Source: Gemmatimonadales bacterium
GTDB taxonomy: Bacteria > Gemmatimonadota > Gemmatimonadetes > Gemmatimonadales > GWC2-71-9
DNA length: 64,000 bases
Direction of reading: 5' to 3'
Assembly: GCA_036556505.1 (NCBI GenBank)
Contig: DATBJH010000079.1
Coordinates: 1,629-65,628 of the forward strand
Shown here: positions 34,532 through 44,366 of the stretch, one piece after another
Layout: each line of letters starts with the position of its first letter
Position numbering within the stretch: position 1 is the stretch's first letter
The notes under the pieces: generated by a model
Database searches by the model: none
What the model was told of the DNA's origin: nothing
Seen by the model: the letters and a program-made list of their open reading frames with translations, nothing else
Translations under genes and position numbers: made by a program

Positions 34532-35257
34532 GCGGTCCTGGCGGCCTCGCCCCTCACGGCCCAGGAAGTCGAGCACATCGCCGACAACAGCTTCCTGGTC
34601 GAGGAAGCCTACAACCAGGAGCCCGGGGTGGTGCAGCACGTCAGCACCTTCTCCTGGGCGGACACCGAGGGCAGCTGGGAGTACGGCTTCACCCAGGAAT
34701 GGCCGCTCGGCAGCATGCGGCACCAGTTGAGCTACACCCTGCCGGTGGTCAACCCGGTGGGCTTCGGCACTGGCCTCGGCGACGTGCTCGTGAACTACCG
34801 CTATCAGGCGGTGGGCGACGGGCAGGGCCCGATTCATGTGGCTCCCCGTCTCTCCGTGGTACTGCCGACCGGCAGCGAGGAGGCCGATCGGGGCAGCGGC
34901 TCCGTCGGCCTCGAAGGCAACCTGCCGGTGAGCTACGTGGTCAGCGACGCGTTCGAGGTTCATTCGAACACCGGTGTCATCCTCGATGGTGGTTCCGGCG
35001 ACGTGCACGCCCGCCTGGGCGGGAGCGGCGTCCTGCGCGTCCGCCCTCGCCTGAACCTCCTGTTGGAGACGGTCTGGGAGAGCGACCAGGAGGACGTGGT
35101 GTTGCTCAACCCCGGCGTCCGCTGGGCCTTCGACCTCGCCGGCGACCTGCAGATCGTCCCCGGGATTGCCTACACGGTGGCGATAGGCCCCCACGCTCCC
35201 GATGCCCTCTTCCTTTATCTGAGCTTCGAGCACCCCTTCAGCCGCCGGAGCCCGTAA
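34466..35257 (+). CDS. Putative outer-membrane beta-barrel protein (MetA/phenol-degradation-like transporter family?)
   Basis: Alternating-hydrophobic beta-strand pattern, aromatic residue near the C-terminus (LYLSFEHPF), N-terminal signal-like segment. Chosen over the antisense ORF 34514-35413. The start is uncertain. Confidence 0.6.
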   Translation: MSGTAQAWLALAPLHISLFTAHAVLAASPLTAQEVEHIADNSFLVEEAYNQEPGVVQHVSTFSWADTEGSWEYGFTQEWPLGSMRHQLSYTLPVVNPVGFGTGLGDVLVNYRYQAVGDGQGPIHVAPRLSVVLPTGSEEADRGSGSVGLEGNLPVSYVVSDAFEVHSNTGVILDGGSGDVHARLGGSGVLRVRPRLNLLLETVWESDQEDVVLLNPGVRWAFDLAGDLQIVPGIAYTVAIGPHAPDALFLYLSFEHPFSRRSP

Positions 35258-35297
35258 ACCACGCGGAGTTCCGGGAGAGGCTGCTATTCTTTCTCCC

Positions 35298-36113
35298 GTG
35301 ACACCCGCACTTCTTCTGATGGCCGCCTTGCTCCAGGAGCCCGCTCCAGGAGCCACGGAGATAGCCCTGGAGCGCGGCCTCGCCGAGCGTCTGGGACTCG
35401 AGGTGGGTGACACGGTCCGGCTCGGCGTGGCCGCCGACTCCCTCCGGCAAATCGCGATCGTGGCCGCCGTCTACGAGCCTCGCCCCGATCCCGCGGAACT
35501 GTCCCGCCTGGGGCGGCGGCTGCGAATGCACCTCCCCGATCTCGCCGCACTGCTCGATGCCCCGGACCGGGTGGACCGGTTCGGCATCGGTCTCGTGCCC
35601 GGGGTGGATGCGGACAGCGCGGCCGCCGTGGTCAACCGCTACGCGATCGGCTTCCGGGCTCATCCTTCCGCCGCGATTGCCTCGGAGTCGTCCCAGACCT
35701 TCAAGGTGGTGAGCCGATTCCACCGTGCGATCGGGTTCATCACCATCGTCGCCAGCGCGGTCTTCCTGCTCTGTATCATGCTGCTGAAGGTCGAGGAGCG
35801 TCGGATGGACGCGGCCGTCATGCGCTTCGTCGGCGTCAGACGGCGCACCATCTTCGGTGCGCTGGTCCTCGAGGCCGCGCTGGTGTCGGTGGTCGGTTCC
35901 GTGCTCGGCGCCGGGCTGGCCTGGCTGGCGGGGGCCGCCACCAACACCTATTACCGGCGGTACTTCGATACCGAGCTCATCTTCAGCCTCATCACCCCCC
36001 GCATCGTGCTCTTCAGCGTCTGCCTCTCGCTGCTGCTGGGCCTCGCCGCCGGCGCGGTCGCGGCGTGGAGACTGGTCCGGACGCCGCCCCTGGTGCTGTG
36101 GGGCAGGGCATGA
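35298..36113 (+). CDS. FtsX/MacB-type ABC transporter permease (short form)
   Basis: Periplasmic MacB-like segment, then an FtsX domain (MRFVGVRRRTIFGALVLEAALVSVVGSVLG...). GTG start. Confidence 0.7.
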   Translation: MTPALLLMAALLQEPAPGATEIALERGLAERLGLEVGDTVRLGVAADSLRQIAIVAAVYEPRPDPAELSRLGRRLRMHLPDLAALLDAPDRVDRFGIGLVPGVDADSAAAVVNRYAIGFRAHPSAAIASESSQTFKVVSRFHRAIGFITIVASAVFLLCIMLLKVEERRMDAAVMRFVGVRRRTIFGALVLEAALVSVVGSVLGAGLAWLAGAATNTYYRRYFDTELIFSLITPRIVLFSVCLSLLLGLAAGAVAAWRLVRTPPLVLWGRA

Positions 36114-37300
36114 CCGGCTTCGGCTGGGGAGTGCGGAACCTCGGTCGTCACCCGGTCCGCACCGCGCTCTCGCTCGCCGGCATCGCCGTGGCGGCCGCGA
36201 TGCTGCTCGACATGGTGATGCTGAGCGGCGGAATCGAGAAGTCGTTCAGCGACCTGCTGCTTGCCCGCGGCTATCATATCCGCATTACCCCGAAGGGCAC
36301 CTTCCCCTTCGATACCGAAGCCGCCATTCCCGGGGCGACCGGAGTCGTCCGTGCGCTCCGCGCCGAGCCTGGGGTTGCGGCCGCCGGCGCGGTCCTCGGC
36401 ACGTCGGTGTACGGTCGAGCGGAGGATTCGCTGGTCACCCTGGTCGGCTACGGTGTTCAGCCCGAGGCTCAGGGGATCTATGTGGTGACCGGCGGCAGCG
36501 ATCTCGCCCCCGGAGATACGCTCGGTGTCCTGCTCAGCGAGCCCGCCGCCCGGCTGCTGGGCGCCGGTGTCGGTGATACCGTCGTCCTCGCGGGTCGCCT
36601 CGATCCGCAGATCGCACAGGCGAGGACGGACCGCCGGCTCACGGTGCGTGGCACGGTGCGGTGGATCTACGATGCTCGCGGCCAGGCGTCGGTCGGGACC
36701 GTGCTGCCGGTCATGCAGCGGCTCGACGGCACCGCCGCCGATCGAGCCTCCTTCCTGCTGGTGAAGGCGGCTGACGACACCGCGATCGAAGCCCTCACCA
36801 CGCGCCTCCGCGAGCGCTTCCCGGACCTGGCGGTGAACAGCGTGGCCGACCTCGTGGTCGAGGCCAAGCGCCGGCTGGTCTACTTCACCCAGCTCTCCTA
36901 CGTGCTCGGCGGCATGAGCCTGGTAGTGGCGGTGCTGCTGGTCGGCACGCTGCTCACCATCACCGTCAACGAGCGCCTCGGCGAGATCGCCACTCTGCGG
37001 GCGATCGGGGTGGGTCGGGGGACGATCGTGCGTCAGGTGCTTGCGGAGGGGCTGGCGCTGACGGTGGTCGGGGGCGGGGTGGGCATCCTGCTCGGGCTGG
37101 GGACGGCCGAGTACCTGGACGCGATCCTGACCAGCTTCCCCGGGCTGCCCCAGGCGTTCTCGTTCTTCGTGCCGCGTGCGAACACGCTGGCCGTGGCCGC
37201 GGTCGTGCTGCTCCTCACCGGCTCCCTCGCCGGCCTCTACCCGGCCTGGCTGGCATCGAAAGCGCCGATCGCCGCCACCCTGCGCGCCGAGGCGACGTGA
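36110..37300 (+). CDS. FtsX/MacB-type ABC transporter permease
   Basis: ATGA overlap start. VRNLGRHPVRTALSLAGIAVAAAMLL, a periplasmic domain, and a C-terminal FtsX domain (LRAIGVGRGTIVRQVLAEG). Confidence 0.8.
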   Translation: MTGFGWGVRNLGRHPVRTALSLAGIAVAAAMLLDMVMLSGGIEKSFSDLLLARGYHIRITPKGTFPFDTEAAIPGATGVVRALRAEPGVAAAGAVLGTSVYGRAEDSLVTLVGYGVQPEAQGIYVVTGGSDLAPGDTLGVLLSEPAARLLGAGVGDTVVLAGRLDPQIAQARTDRRLTVRGTVRWIYDARGQASVGTVLPVMQRLDGTAADRASFLLVKAADDTAIEALTTRLRERFPDLAVNSVADLVVEAKRRLVYFTQLSYVLGGMSLVVAVLLVGTLLTITVNERLGEIATLRAIGVGRGTIVRQVLAEGLALTVVGGGVGILLGLGTAEYLDAILTSFPGLPQAFSFFVPRANTLAVAAVVLLLTGSLAGLYPAWLASKAPIAATLRAEAT

Positions 37301-37992
37301 GCCTGCCACCGGTGCTGGTCGCCCGCGACCTGCGCAAGGACTACCCGATGAACGGGGAGACGGTTCACGCGCTGCGTGGCGTGTCTCTGGTAGTGCAGCC
37401 GGGCGAATACGTGGCCATCGCGGGACCGTCGGGCAGCGGCAAGTCCACCCTGCTCCAGCTCATCGGCGGGATCGACGTGCCCAGTGGCGGGAGCGTCGAG
37501 CTGCTGGGGACGAGGCTCGATTCGCTCGGCGACCGCGAGCTCACCCGTCTCCGGCTTACCCGTCTCGGCTTCGTCTTCCAGCGCTTTCATCTCCTGCCGG
37601 TGCTGACCGCGCGGGAGAATATCGAGCTCCCGATGGCTGAAGCCGGAGTTCCGGCTCCCCCGCGGCGTACCCGGGCGCTGGAGCTGCTGGAGTACGTCGG
37701 CCTGCGCCAGCGCGAGCGCCACCGGGCCACCCAGCTCTCCGGCGGAGAGATGCAGCGGGTGGCGATCGCCCGCGCGCTCGCCAACCGTCCGGCGATCCTG
37801 CTGGCCGACGAGCCTACCGGTGAGCTCGACGCCGCCACCGGCCGGGAGATCCTCGATCTGTTCCGCCGGGTCAACCATGACGGCACGACCCTGCTCGTGG
37901 TCACCCACGATGAGCGGCTCGCGGCGGAGGCCGGACGGGTGGTCCACATGCTGGACGGCTGCATCGTGGCCGATGGCTCGAGGCCGGCATGA
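37297..37992 (+). CDS. ABC transporter ATP-binding protein (LolD/MacB type)
   Basis: Walker A GPSGSGKST, Q-loop, signature LSGGEMQRVAIARAL, Walker B ILLADEPTGELD. GTGA start overlap. Confidence 0.9.
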   Translation: MSLPPVLVARDLRKDYPMNGETVHALRGVSLVVQPGEYVAIAGPSGSGKSTLLQLIGGIDVPSGGSVELLGTRLDSLGDRELTRLRLTRLGFVFQRFHLLPVLTARENIELPMAEAGVPAPPRRTRALELLEYVGLRQRERHRATQLSGGEMQRVAIARALANRPAILLADEPTGELDAATGREILDLFRRVNHDGTTLLVVTHDERLAAEAGRVVHMLDGCIVADGSRPA

Positions 37993-39443
37993 TCGGAACG
38001 CTGGCCTTCCGCCACCTGCTGGTGAAGAAGGCGCGCTCCCTCTTCCTGTTGCTCGGCTTCTCCCTCGGCGTGGGCGTCATGATCGTGCTGCTCTCCGTGG
38101 GAGAGGCGATGCTGGACCAGTCGCGCGACGTCTCGTTGGTCGGCGGTGGGGAGCTGACCGTGTTGCCGCAGGGCATCGATGTCGAGGCGATGCGGACCGG
38201 CGGGCTGGGGGGAATGTTCTTCACCATCGAGCGGGCGCGCTTCCTCACCCGGCAGGCGCTCGGAGGAGAGCGGAATCGCGACCTCATTCGCACCGTGTCC
38301 CCCGCCCTCGAGGGCAAGCTGATCTACCTGTGTCCTGCGACCCGCCGGTGCCGGCCGGTCGCGGTTCGTGCCGGCGGCGAGATCCCCAGCCGGGCTGCCG
38401 CGGTCGGCGCCGGTCTCCAGGTGCTGAAAGGGCATTGGGCCGACTCCCCGGCCGACTCCGCGTACGTCGCGCCCACGGCGCAGCAGCTCTACGACGACCT
38501 GGACCGGTTTCATCTTCCGCGCGGACGCGACTCCACCTGGGCAGAGTGGCACTACTTCAACCTGGTGACCGGGCCCGAGGAGTGGTGGTACATCACCTTT
38601 CTCGTCGGTGGCGAGGTCGACCTCCATGACCGCGGGGATCGTTGGGGTGGTGGGATGCTGGTCACTCACCGCCGCCCCGACGGCAGTTACGACCGCTACA
38701 CCACGGAGGTGCCAGCCGCCGACGTGGTCCTCGACACGACCAGGGCGGACCAGGCCATCGGCGAGAGCTGGGTCCGGCAGCGTGACGGGGAGTACCATCT
38801 CCACGTGGCAGCCCGTGGCGAGCGCGGTCCGGTGCAACTCGACCTTGTGGTGCGCCCGAAACCCAACCGCTGGTTCCCGCCCGTGGAGCTGCGGCAAGAC
38901 GACTTTCTGTCCGGCTACGTGGTCCCGGCGCTGGCTGCGACCGCGACGGGCCGGGCGTGCACGGCGGGACACTGCGCCGAAGTGCGCGAGGCGGCAGCCT
39001 ACCACGACCACAACTGGGGCGTGTGGCGCGACGTCACCTGGGAATGGGGCGCGGCGCAAGGAACGGAGCTGAGCCTCCTCTATGGGGGCGTTTACGGGCC
39101 TCAGGATGCCGGCAGCTCGCCGTTCTTTCTCACCCTCACGGATTCGATGGGCGTCTACCGGGTGCTGCGCTTCGGACGGATCGCCTATAGCGGGAGCCGC
39201 CCGGCTGAGGGCCTGCCCGGCGCGCAGGCTCCGGAGCGGTTCAGCCTGATGGGCGTCTGGGAAGCCGACACGGTAAGGCTGTCGGTGCAGGTGGACCACG
39301 CCCTCGCCAGCAAAGTGACCGCCTCCACCCACCGCCGCACGTTTCTTCAGATGCGCGGGCGCTTCGAGCTGAGCGGCAAGGTCCTGGGGGACTCGCTGCA
39401 TGACCGGGGGCAGGGGTTCTTCGAGACCTATCTCTCCCGGTAG
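37989..39443 (+). CDS. Membrane-anchored AttH/CrtC-like (lipocalin-type hydratase fold) protein
   Basis: N-terminal FtsX-like TM (FRHLLVKKARSLFLLLGFSLGVGVMIVLL), followed by WAEWHYFNLV and AAYHDHNWGVWRDVTWEWGAA blocks, which are typical of the CrtC/AttH family. ATGA start overlap. Confidence 0.7.
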   Translation: MIGTLAFRHLLVKKARSLFLLLGFSLGVGVMIVLLSVGEAMLDQSRDVSLVGGGELTVLPQGIDVEAMRTGGLGGMFFTIERARFLTRQALGGERNRDLIRTVSPALEGKLIYLCPATRRCRPVAVRAGGEIPSRAAAVGAGLQVLKGHWADSPADSAYVAPTAQQLYDDLDRFHLPRGRDSTWAEWHYFNLVTGPEEWWYITFLVGGEVDLHDRGDRWGGGMLVTHRRPDGSYDRYTTEVPAADVVLDTTRADQAIGESWVRQRDGEYHLHVAARGERGPVQLDLVVRPKPNRWFPPVELRQDDFLSGYVVPALAATATGRACTAGHCAEVREAAAYHDHNWGVWRDVTWEWGAAQGTELSLLYGGVYGPQDAGSSPFFLTLTDSMGVYRVLRFGRIAYSGSRPAEGLPGAQAPERFSLMGVWEADTVRLSVQVDHALASKVTASTHRRTFLQMRGRFELSGKVLGDSLHDRGQGFFETYLSR

Positions 39444-39456
39444 ATTGGGTTCTTCC

Positions 39457-42387
39457 ATGAGCGATACCCTCCAGCGCCTGACCGCCGCGCTCGGCGATCG
39501 CTACGCCTTCGAGCGCGAGGTCGGCGCCGGCGGAATGGCGACCGTCTATCTCGCCCGCGATCTGCGTCACGGGCGTCCCGTCGCCATCAAGGTCGTCCGC
39601 CCGGAGCTCAGCGGCGCGGAAGGCATCGCCCGCTTCCTGCGCGAGATCGAGCTCGCGGCCCGGCTCCAGCATCCCCACATCCTTCCGGTCTTCGACTCCG
39701 GCGCCGTCGACGATGGTGGTGGCGGCCGGACGCCGTACTTCGTCATGCCGTTCGTCCAGGGCGAGACACTGCGGGCACGGCTGGGTCGTGAGCGGCAGCT
39801 TCCGCTGGAGGACGCGATCACGCTGGCGACCGAGGTTGCCGACGCACTGGCGTACGCCCACGCCAACGGCGTGGTCCACCGCGACATCAAGCCCGAGAAC
39901 ATCCTGCTGAGTGGGGGTCATGCGGTGGTGGCGGACTTCGGCGTGGCCAAGGCCCTCGCGACCGGCCAGCGCCCTGAGACGCCCCAGCTGTCCGGCGACC
40001 CTTCGGCGCTGACCCAGGTCGGCTTCGCCATCGGGACGCCGAACTACATGGCCCCCGAACAGGCGACCGGGCGGGACGAGGTGGACGCTCGGGCCGACCA
40101 GTACAGCCTCGGTTGCGTGCTCTACGAGATGCTCGCCGGAAGTCCTCCCTTCGCCGGTGGAACCGCGCAGTCGGTGATCGCCCGCAACATGACGTCACCC
40201 CGTCCGCACGTGGGGAAGGTCCGCCACGACGTGCCCGATCCGCTCGAGGACGTCATCATCCGCGCAATGGCCATCGATCCGGCGGACCGCTTCCCCGACA
40301 TGGCGGGCCTCGCGGGGGCGCTGCGACAGTCGCGGGAGAGTGCCCGGCCGCGCCGCAAGACCTTGGTGGCGGTGATCGCGGCCGCCGCGGTCGCCGCCGG
40401 TGCGGCGGGCGCGGTCGCCTGGCTCGCGACGAGACCCGAGGCCGTCGCAGTGACCGAAGAGGCCGAGAGAATCGCGGTGCTGCCTTTCAGCGCCTCCGGT
40501 CCGGGTGTGGAGGTGCTGGGCGAGGGCATGGTGGACCTGCTCACCACCAATCTGCAGGGCGTCGGCGGCATCCAGACGGTGGACCCGCGCCTCGTGCTCA
40601 AGCGCTGGGGACGGAAAGACCCCGACGAGGGAGGGGCGCAGGAGGCGCTCGATCTGGGACGCGAGCTGGATGCCGGCTCGGTCGTCACCGGGAGCGCCGT
40701 GTCGGCCGGCGGACGGGTGCGTCTCGCGGCGGACCTGTACGCGGTCACCAGCGGCGAGCGGCTCGGCCGGGCGCAGGTCGATGGGCCCGCCGACAGCATC
40801 CTGCCGTTGGTGGACCGGCTCAGCGTGGCGTTGTTGCGCGACGTCTGGCGGTCGCGCGAGCCGCTGCCCAGCCTCGACCTCGGCTCGCTCACCACCGACT
40901 CGATCGCCGCCCTTCGGGCCTACCTCCAGGGCGAGCGCTATTACCGGCGGTTCGCCCTGGACTCAGCGCTGGCCCAGTACACCAGGGCCGTAGAGGTGGA
41001 TTCGACCTTTGCCCTGGCGCATCTCCGCCGCGCGCTGGTCTTCGGCTGGACCGGGGGCTACGGCAGCCCGGCATCGGTCCAGGCGGCCGAGGCGGGGTTC
41101 CGCTACGCCGAGCGTCTGCCGCCTCGGAGCCGGCGCTTGCTGGGAGGGTACAAGGCGTTTCAGGAGGGGGACACCCGCTCCATCGACTCGATGCGGGCGT
41201 ATGTGGCCGACTATCCCGCCGACCTCGAGGGTTGGTACTTCTACGGCGAGGCGCTCCATCACCTGGTCGACATCGAGCCCCGCAGCCCGGACACCGTCCT
41301 CGCGGCTTTCGACCGCGTGATCGCGGGAGATTCGACCAGCACGCCGGCCCTGGTTCATCCGCTCGAGATTACCATGATCTACCGGGACAGCACCCGGTTC
41401 CGCCGATATCTGGGTGTGTTCGCCCGAACCGCGCCCCGGGCCCGGGTGGCGGCCCACCGCGTGGGGGCCGCTCTGGTCTGGGGACCGTCGCCCTCCGAAA
41501 GTGATCTCCGCGCTGCAGTCGCTGCCGTGCCGCATCTCGCCTTCTACGCGGTGGTGGCGGCCTACCGGAACGAGACCGCGACCTCGGACAGTGTCCTGGA
41601 ACTCAGGCGGAGACTGTTCGCGGCACTCCCGCTCAGCTCGCCGGTGCACAGGTTCGAGCCGGTGGACCGCGGCTTCATGCTCGTGGGGCTCGGAAGGCTG
41701 CGCGAAGCGCGGGCCCTCGTGGACACAGTGGCCGCTATCTCTCCTGGAGCGGCGGCCGGCCTGCTCGGCTGGCCGGTGGCGCTTGGCCTCGTCCCGCCAT
41801 CGTCCGGTGGGACCAAGGTGGACTCGCTGGTGGCGCGCGACAAATCGGAGATGGCAAGTCCGCTGATGGAGGCGTATGTGGACGCCATTCGGGCGGTGGC
41901 GCAGGGGCGCACCGAGGAAGCGGTGAAACGGGCAACCGATGCCATCCGGGCGCCCAGTACGACGGAGGATTCGACGAGATCCCGCGGAATGCTCCGAGCG
42001 ACGATCGGCTGGGCCCGACTGGTCCAGGGCGACACCGCCGACGGCATCTCCGACCTGCGCACCGGTCTGTCCGTGACCGGCGGGCCTCAGAGCGGGGCGA
42101 CCGCGTTCCTGCGCTTTCAGCTGGCCCTGGCCCTGGCGGCCGATCCGCGCTCGCGTGAGGAAGGAATCGACCACCTTCGCTATGGCTTTAACGGGACCGC
42201 CGTCCACCTGCTGCCGCTCACCTACCTCGCGCTGGGCCGGACCTACGAGGCTGCCGACAAGCCGGACTCTGCCGCCCTCGCCTACGGCCGATTTGTTCGA
42301 CTCTGGGACAAGGCCGATCCCGAGCTCCAGAGCCGCGTCTCCGAAGCCCGCGAAGCGCTCGCGCGTCTCACCGCGGAACCGCGCTGA
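39457..42387 (+). CDS. Ser/Thr protein kinase with a TM segment and a large TPR-like extracytoplasmic region
   Basis: Hanks motifs GAGGMATVY, AIK, HRDIKPENILL, DFG, APE. TM LVAVIAAAAVAAGAAGAVAWL. Helical-repeat C-terminus. Confidence 0.9.
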   Translation: MSDTLQRLTAALGDRYAFEREVGAGGMATVYLARDLRHGRPVAIKVVRPELSGAEGIARFLREIELAARLQHPHILPVFDSGAVDDGGGGRTPYFVMPFVQGETLRARLGRERQLPLEDAITLATEVADALAYAHANGVVHRDIKPENILLSGGHAVVADFGVAKALATGQRPETPQLSGDPSALTQVGFAIGTPNYMAPEQATGRDEVDARADQYSLGCVLYEMLAGSPPFAGGTAQSVIARNMTSPRPHVGKVRHDVPDPLEDVIIRAMAIDPADRFPDMAGLAGALRQSRESARPRRKTLVAVIAAAAVAAGAAGAVAWLATRPEAVAVTEEAERIAVLPFSASGPGVEVLGEGMVDLLTTNLQGVGGIQTVDPRLVLKRWGRKDPDEGGAQEALDLGRELDAGSVVTGSAVSAGGRVRLAADLYAVTSGERLGRAQVDGPADSILPLVDRLSVALLRDVWRSREPLPSLDLGSLTTDSIAALRAYLQGERYYRRFALDSALAQYTRAVEVDSTFALAHLRRALVFGWTGGYGSPASVQAAEAGFRYAERLPPRSRRLLGGYKAFQEGDTRSIDSMRAYVADYPADLEGWYFYGEALHHLVDIEPRSPDTVLAAFDRVIAGDSTSTPALVHPLEITMIYRDSTRFRRYLGVFARTAPRARVAAHRVGAALVWGPSPSESDLRAAVAAVPHLAFYAVVAAYRNETATSDSVLELRRRLFAALPLSSPVHRFEPVDRGFMLVGLGRLREARALVDTVAAISPGAAAGLLGWPVALGLVPPSSGGTKVDSLVARDKSEMASPLMEAYVDAIRAVAQGRTEEAVKRATDAIRAPSTTEDSTRSRGMLRATIGWARLVQGDTADGISDLRTGLSVTGGPQSGATAFLRFQLALALAADPRSREEGIDHLRYGFNGTAVHLLPLTYLALGRTYEAADKPDSAALAYGRFVRLWDKADPELQSRVSEAREALARLTAEPR

Positions 42388-42584
42388 CCGTTAACGCCCT
42401 CCAAGTGTCCTCGTCCTAACGGCATAGAGGCCTCGCCGGAGGACGTTCCGGGAACGATCTCCCCAGCTAAGTGGTTCAGTTTGTTGGAAGTAGACGATGG
42501 CACGCGGTTCGCAGCGGGGATGGCCAGCTAACGCGGTGCCCCATTTTGGTTTTCGGCGGTATTATGGAAGTCTCGGGAGGCGCC

Positions 42585-44351
42585 ATGTCCCTCACCCTGC
42601 TATTCCCACTTCTCCTCGCGGGCGAGCCGGCTAAGCCGGCCGTCTCGGCGACGGACGAACCCCCGCTCCGGATCTGGATCAGCAACGACGGCCGCTTCGT
42701 CAGGGGTGATCGCGCCAAAGTTCAGGTATGGGCCGAGGACGACGGATACCTCGTCGTTCTCCAGGCCGACACCGAGGGACATCTCCAGGTCCTGTTCCCG
42801 ATTGATCCAGCCGACGACAATTTTCTGCGCGGTGGCAAGAAGTACGAAGTGAGGAGCCGTGGCGGGCGCGACGCCTTCGACGTGGGCGCCAATACCGGCA
42901 ACGGCACCGTCTACGCCGCCGTCTCCCGCGTTCCCTTCCGGTTCGACCAGTTCGTGATCAGCAACCATTGGGACTATCGGACGCTCGAGCCTCAGCAGCT
43001 CCCGGAGGATCCCGAATCGGAGCTGACGGAGCTGGTGCGGAAGATGGCCCAGGGCTCGTTCGACTACGACCTGATGAACTACTACGTGGTCGAGAGCGTC
43101 ACCTACGCGAGCGACTCCTACTACAGCTACTACCCGTCGGTCGGCTACAGCTACGGATGCGGTTACTGGGGCTGTGGGAGCGGGTTCTCGTTCAGCCTGG
43201 CTTTCGGGGCGCCGTACTACTATCCGCCCTACTACTACCGGCCGTACTACTACTATCCGTACTACTCGTATTACGGCTACCCGTATTACCCCTACTACTA
43301 CCGGCCGGCCTATTACTACCCGTACCACTCGTACTACCCCTACTACGGTTACGGGCGGTATCCCTACTATGGCCATGGCGGCTTCCCGTACGTGACGCCG
43401 TACCGTTCTCGGATCGGCGGTCCTTACTACGGAAATCAGCCCTACAGCCCGTACCGGTTCCGCGGCGCATCGGTCACCAACGCGGATTTCCGGGATCGCC
43501 GATACACCTTCGGCAATGCGGTGAACACCGTGTACGCCCCGCCGAGGCGCTTCACCGAGGCGGAGACCGCGTCCCCGCTGCGCCGCACGCTGGATCGCGA
43601 CGTCGCCGCCCAATCGGAACCTACCCTGAGGCGCCGGGTAGCCAGCACCAGCGGCGCCGACCGGGGTGACCCGGTGCGCGCCGGCGAGCGGCGCACTCCA
43701 TCCGGTACGATCGAGGCACGTCGGGCTCGGCCCGCGGAGACCGGGAAGCGCGACCCGATGCCGGTGGATGCGACGCCGCGGCGCTCGAGCTCAGCCAGCG
43801 GTGGCGAGCGCCGCACGCAGTCCGGCACCAGCGACGCCCGCAGGTCCCGTCCGGCCGAGAGCCCTCGTAGTTCGGACACCAGGAACCGCCATGAGGCGAT
43901 GCCGGTCGATCTATCGCCGCGGCCGTCGAGTTCCGCCGAGGGTAGCGAGCGGCGGACGGGGTCCGGCACGATCGAGGCTCGGCGGGCCCGGCCGGCTGAA
44001 AGCTCCCGCGGCATGGACGCCAGGAATGGTCGGGAGGCGATGCCGGTGGATATTTCACCGCGGCGCTCGAGCTCGGACGATCGGAGCGACCGCACCGCGC
44101 GTCGCTCGGGCGGGGACGGACTGCCGCAGGCTACCCGGGCCGAACCGCGGTCGGCTCCGCGTGGCGAGCCGCGCTCAAGCGGTGGGGGCGAGTGGGGCGG
44201 CTCCCGTTCCTCGGGCGGTGGCGACCGGGGCGGCTCGGGTGGTGGGAGTTGGGGTGGCAACGGTGGGGGAGATCGGGGTGGTGGCGGTTGGGGTGGTGGG
44301 GGCGGGGGCGGGGGCGGCGTCTCGTCATCGGGTGGCGGGCGGCGCCACTAG
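42585..44351 (+). CDS. Secreted DUF4384-like protein with a Tyr/Pro-rich low-complexity tract, three ~45-aa repeats and a Gly-rich tail
   Basis: ORF 42471-44351 trimmed to the ATG at 42585 (GGGAGG SD; MSLTLLFPLLLAGEPA signal). N-terminal LRIWISNDGRFVRGDRAKVQVWAEDDGYLVVLQADTEGHLQVLFP resembles DUF4384. Confidence 0.75.
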   Translation: MSLTLLFPLLLAGEPAKPAVSATDEPPLRIWISNDGRFVRGDRAKVQVWAEDDGYLVVLQADTEGHLQVLFPIDPADDNFLRGGKKYEVRSRGGRDAFDVGANTGNGTVYAAVSRVPFRFDQFVISNHWDYRTLEPQQLPEDPESELTELVRKMAQGSFDYDLMNYYVVESVTYASDSYYSYYPSVGYSYGCGYWGCGSGFSFSLAFGAPYYYPPYYYRPYYYYPYYSYYGYPYYPYYYRPAYYYPYHSYYPYYGYGRYPYYGHGGFPYVTPYRSRIGGPYYGNQPYSPYRFRGASVTNADFRDRRYTFGNAVNTVYAPPRRFTEAETASPLRRTLDRDVAAQSEPTLRRRVASTSGADRGDPVRAGERRTPSGTIEARRARPAETGKRDPMPVDATPRRSSSASGGERRTQSGTSDARRSRPAESPRSSDTRNRHEAMPVDLSPRPSSSAEGSERRTGSGTIEARRARPAESSRGMDARNGREAMPVDISPRRSSSDDRSDRTARRSGGDGLPQATRAEPRSAPRGEPRSSGGGEWGGSRSSGGGDRGGSGGGSWGGNGGGDRGGGGWGGGGGGGGGVSSSGGGRRH

Positions 44352-44366
44352 CGCCAGCGCGGGTCG

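Noticed and set aside
34514-35413. 299-aa minus-strand ORF opposite the putative outer-membrane barrel gene.
   Set aside because: Its translation has shadow-ORF composition. The plus-strand frame shows an alternating beta-strand pattern and a C-terminal aromatic residue, consistent with an OMP. Confidence in the plus-strand call is still only moderate.
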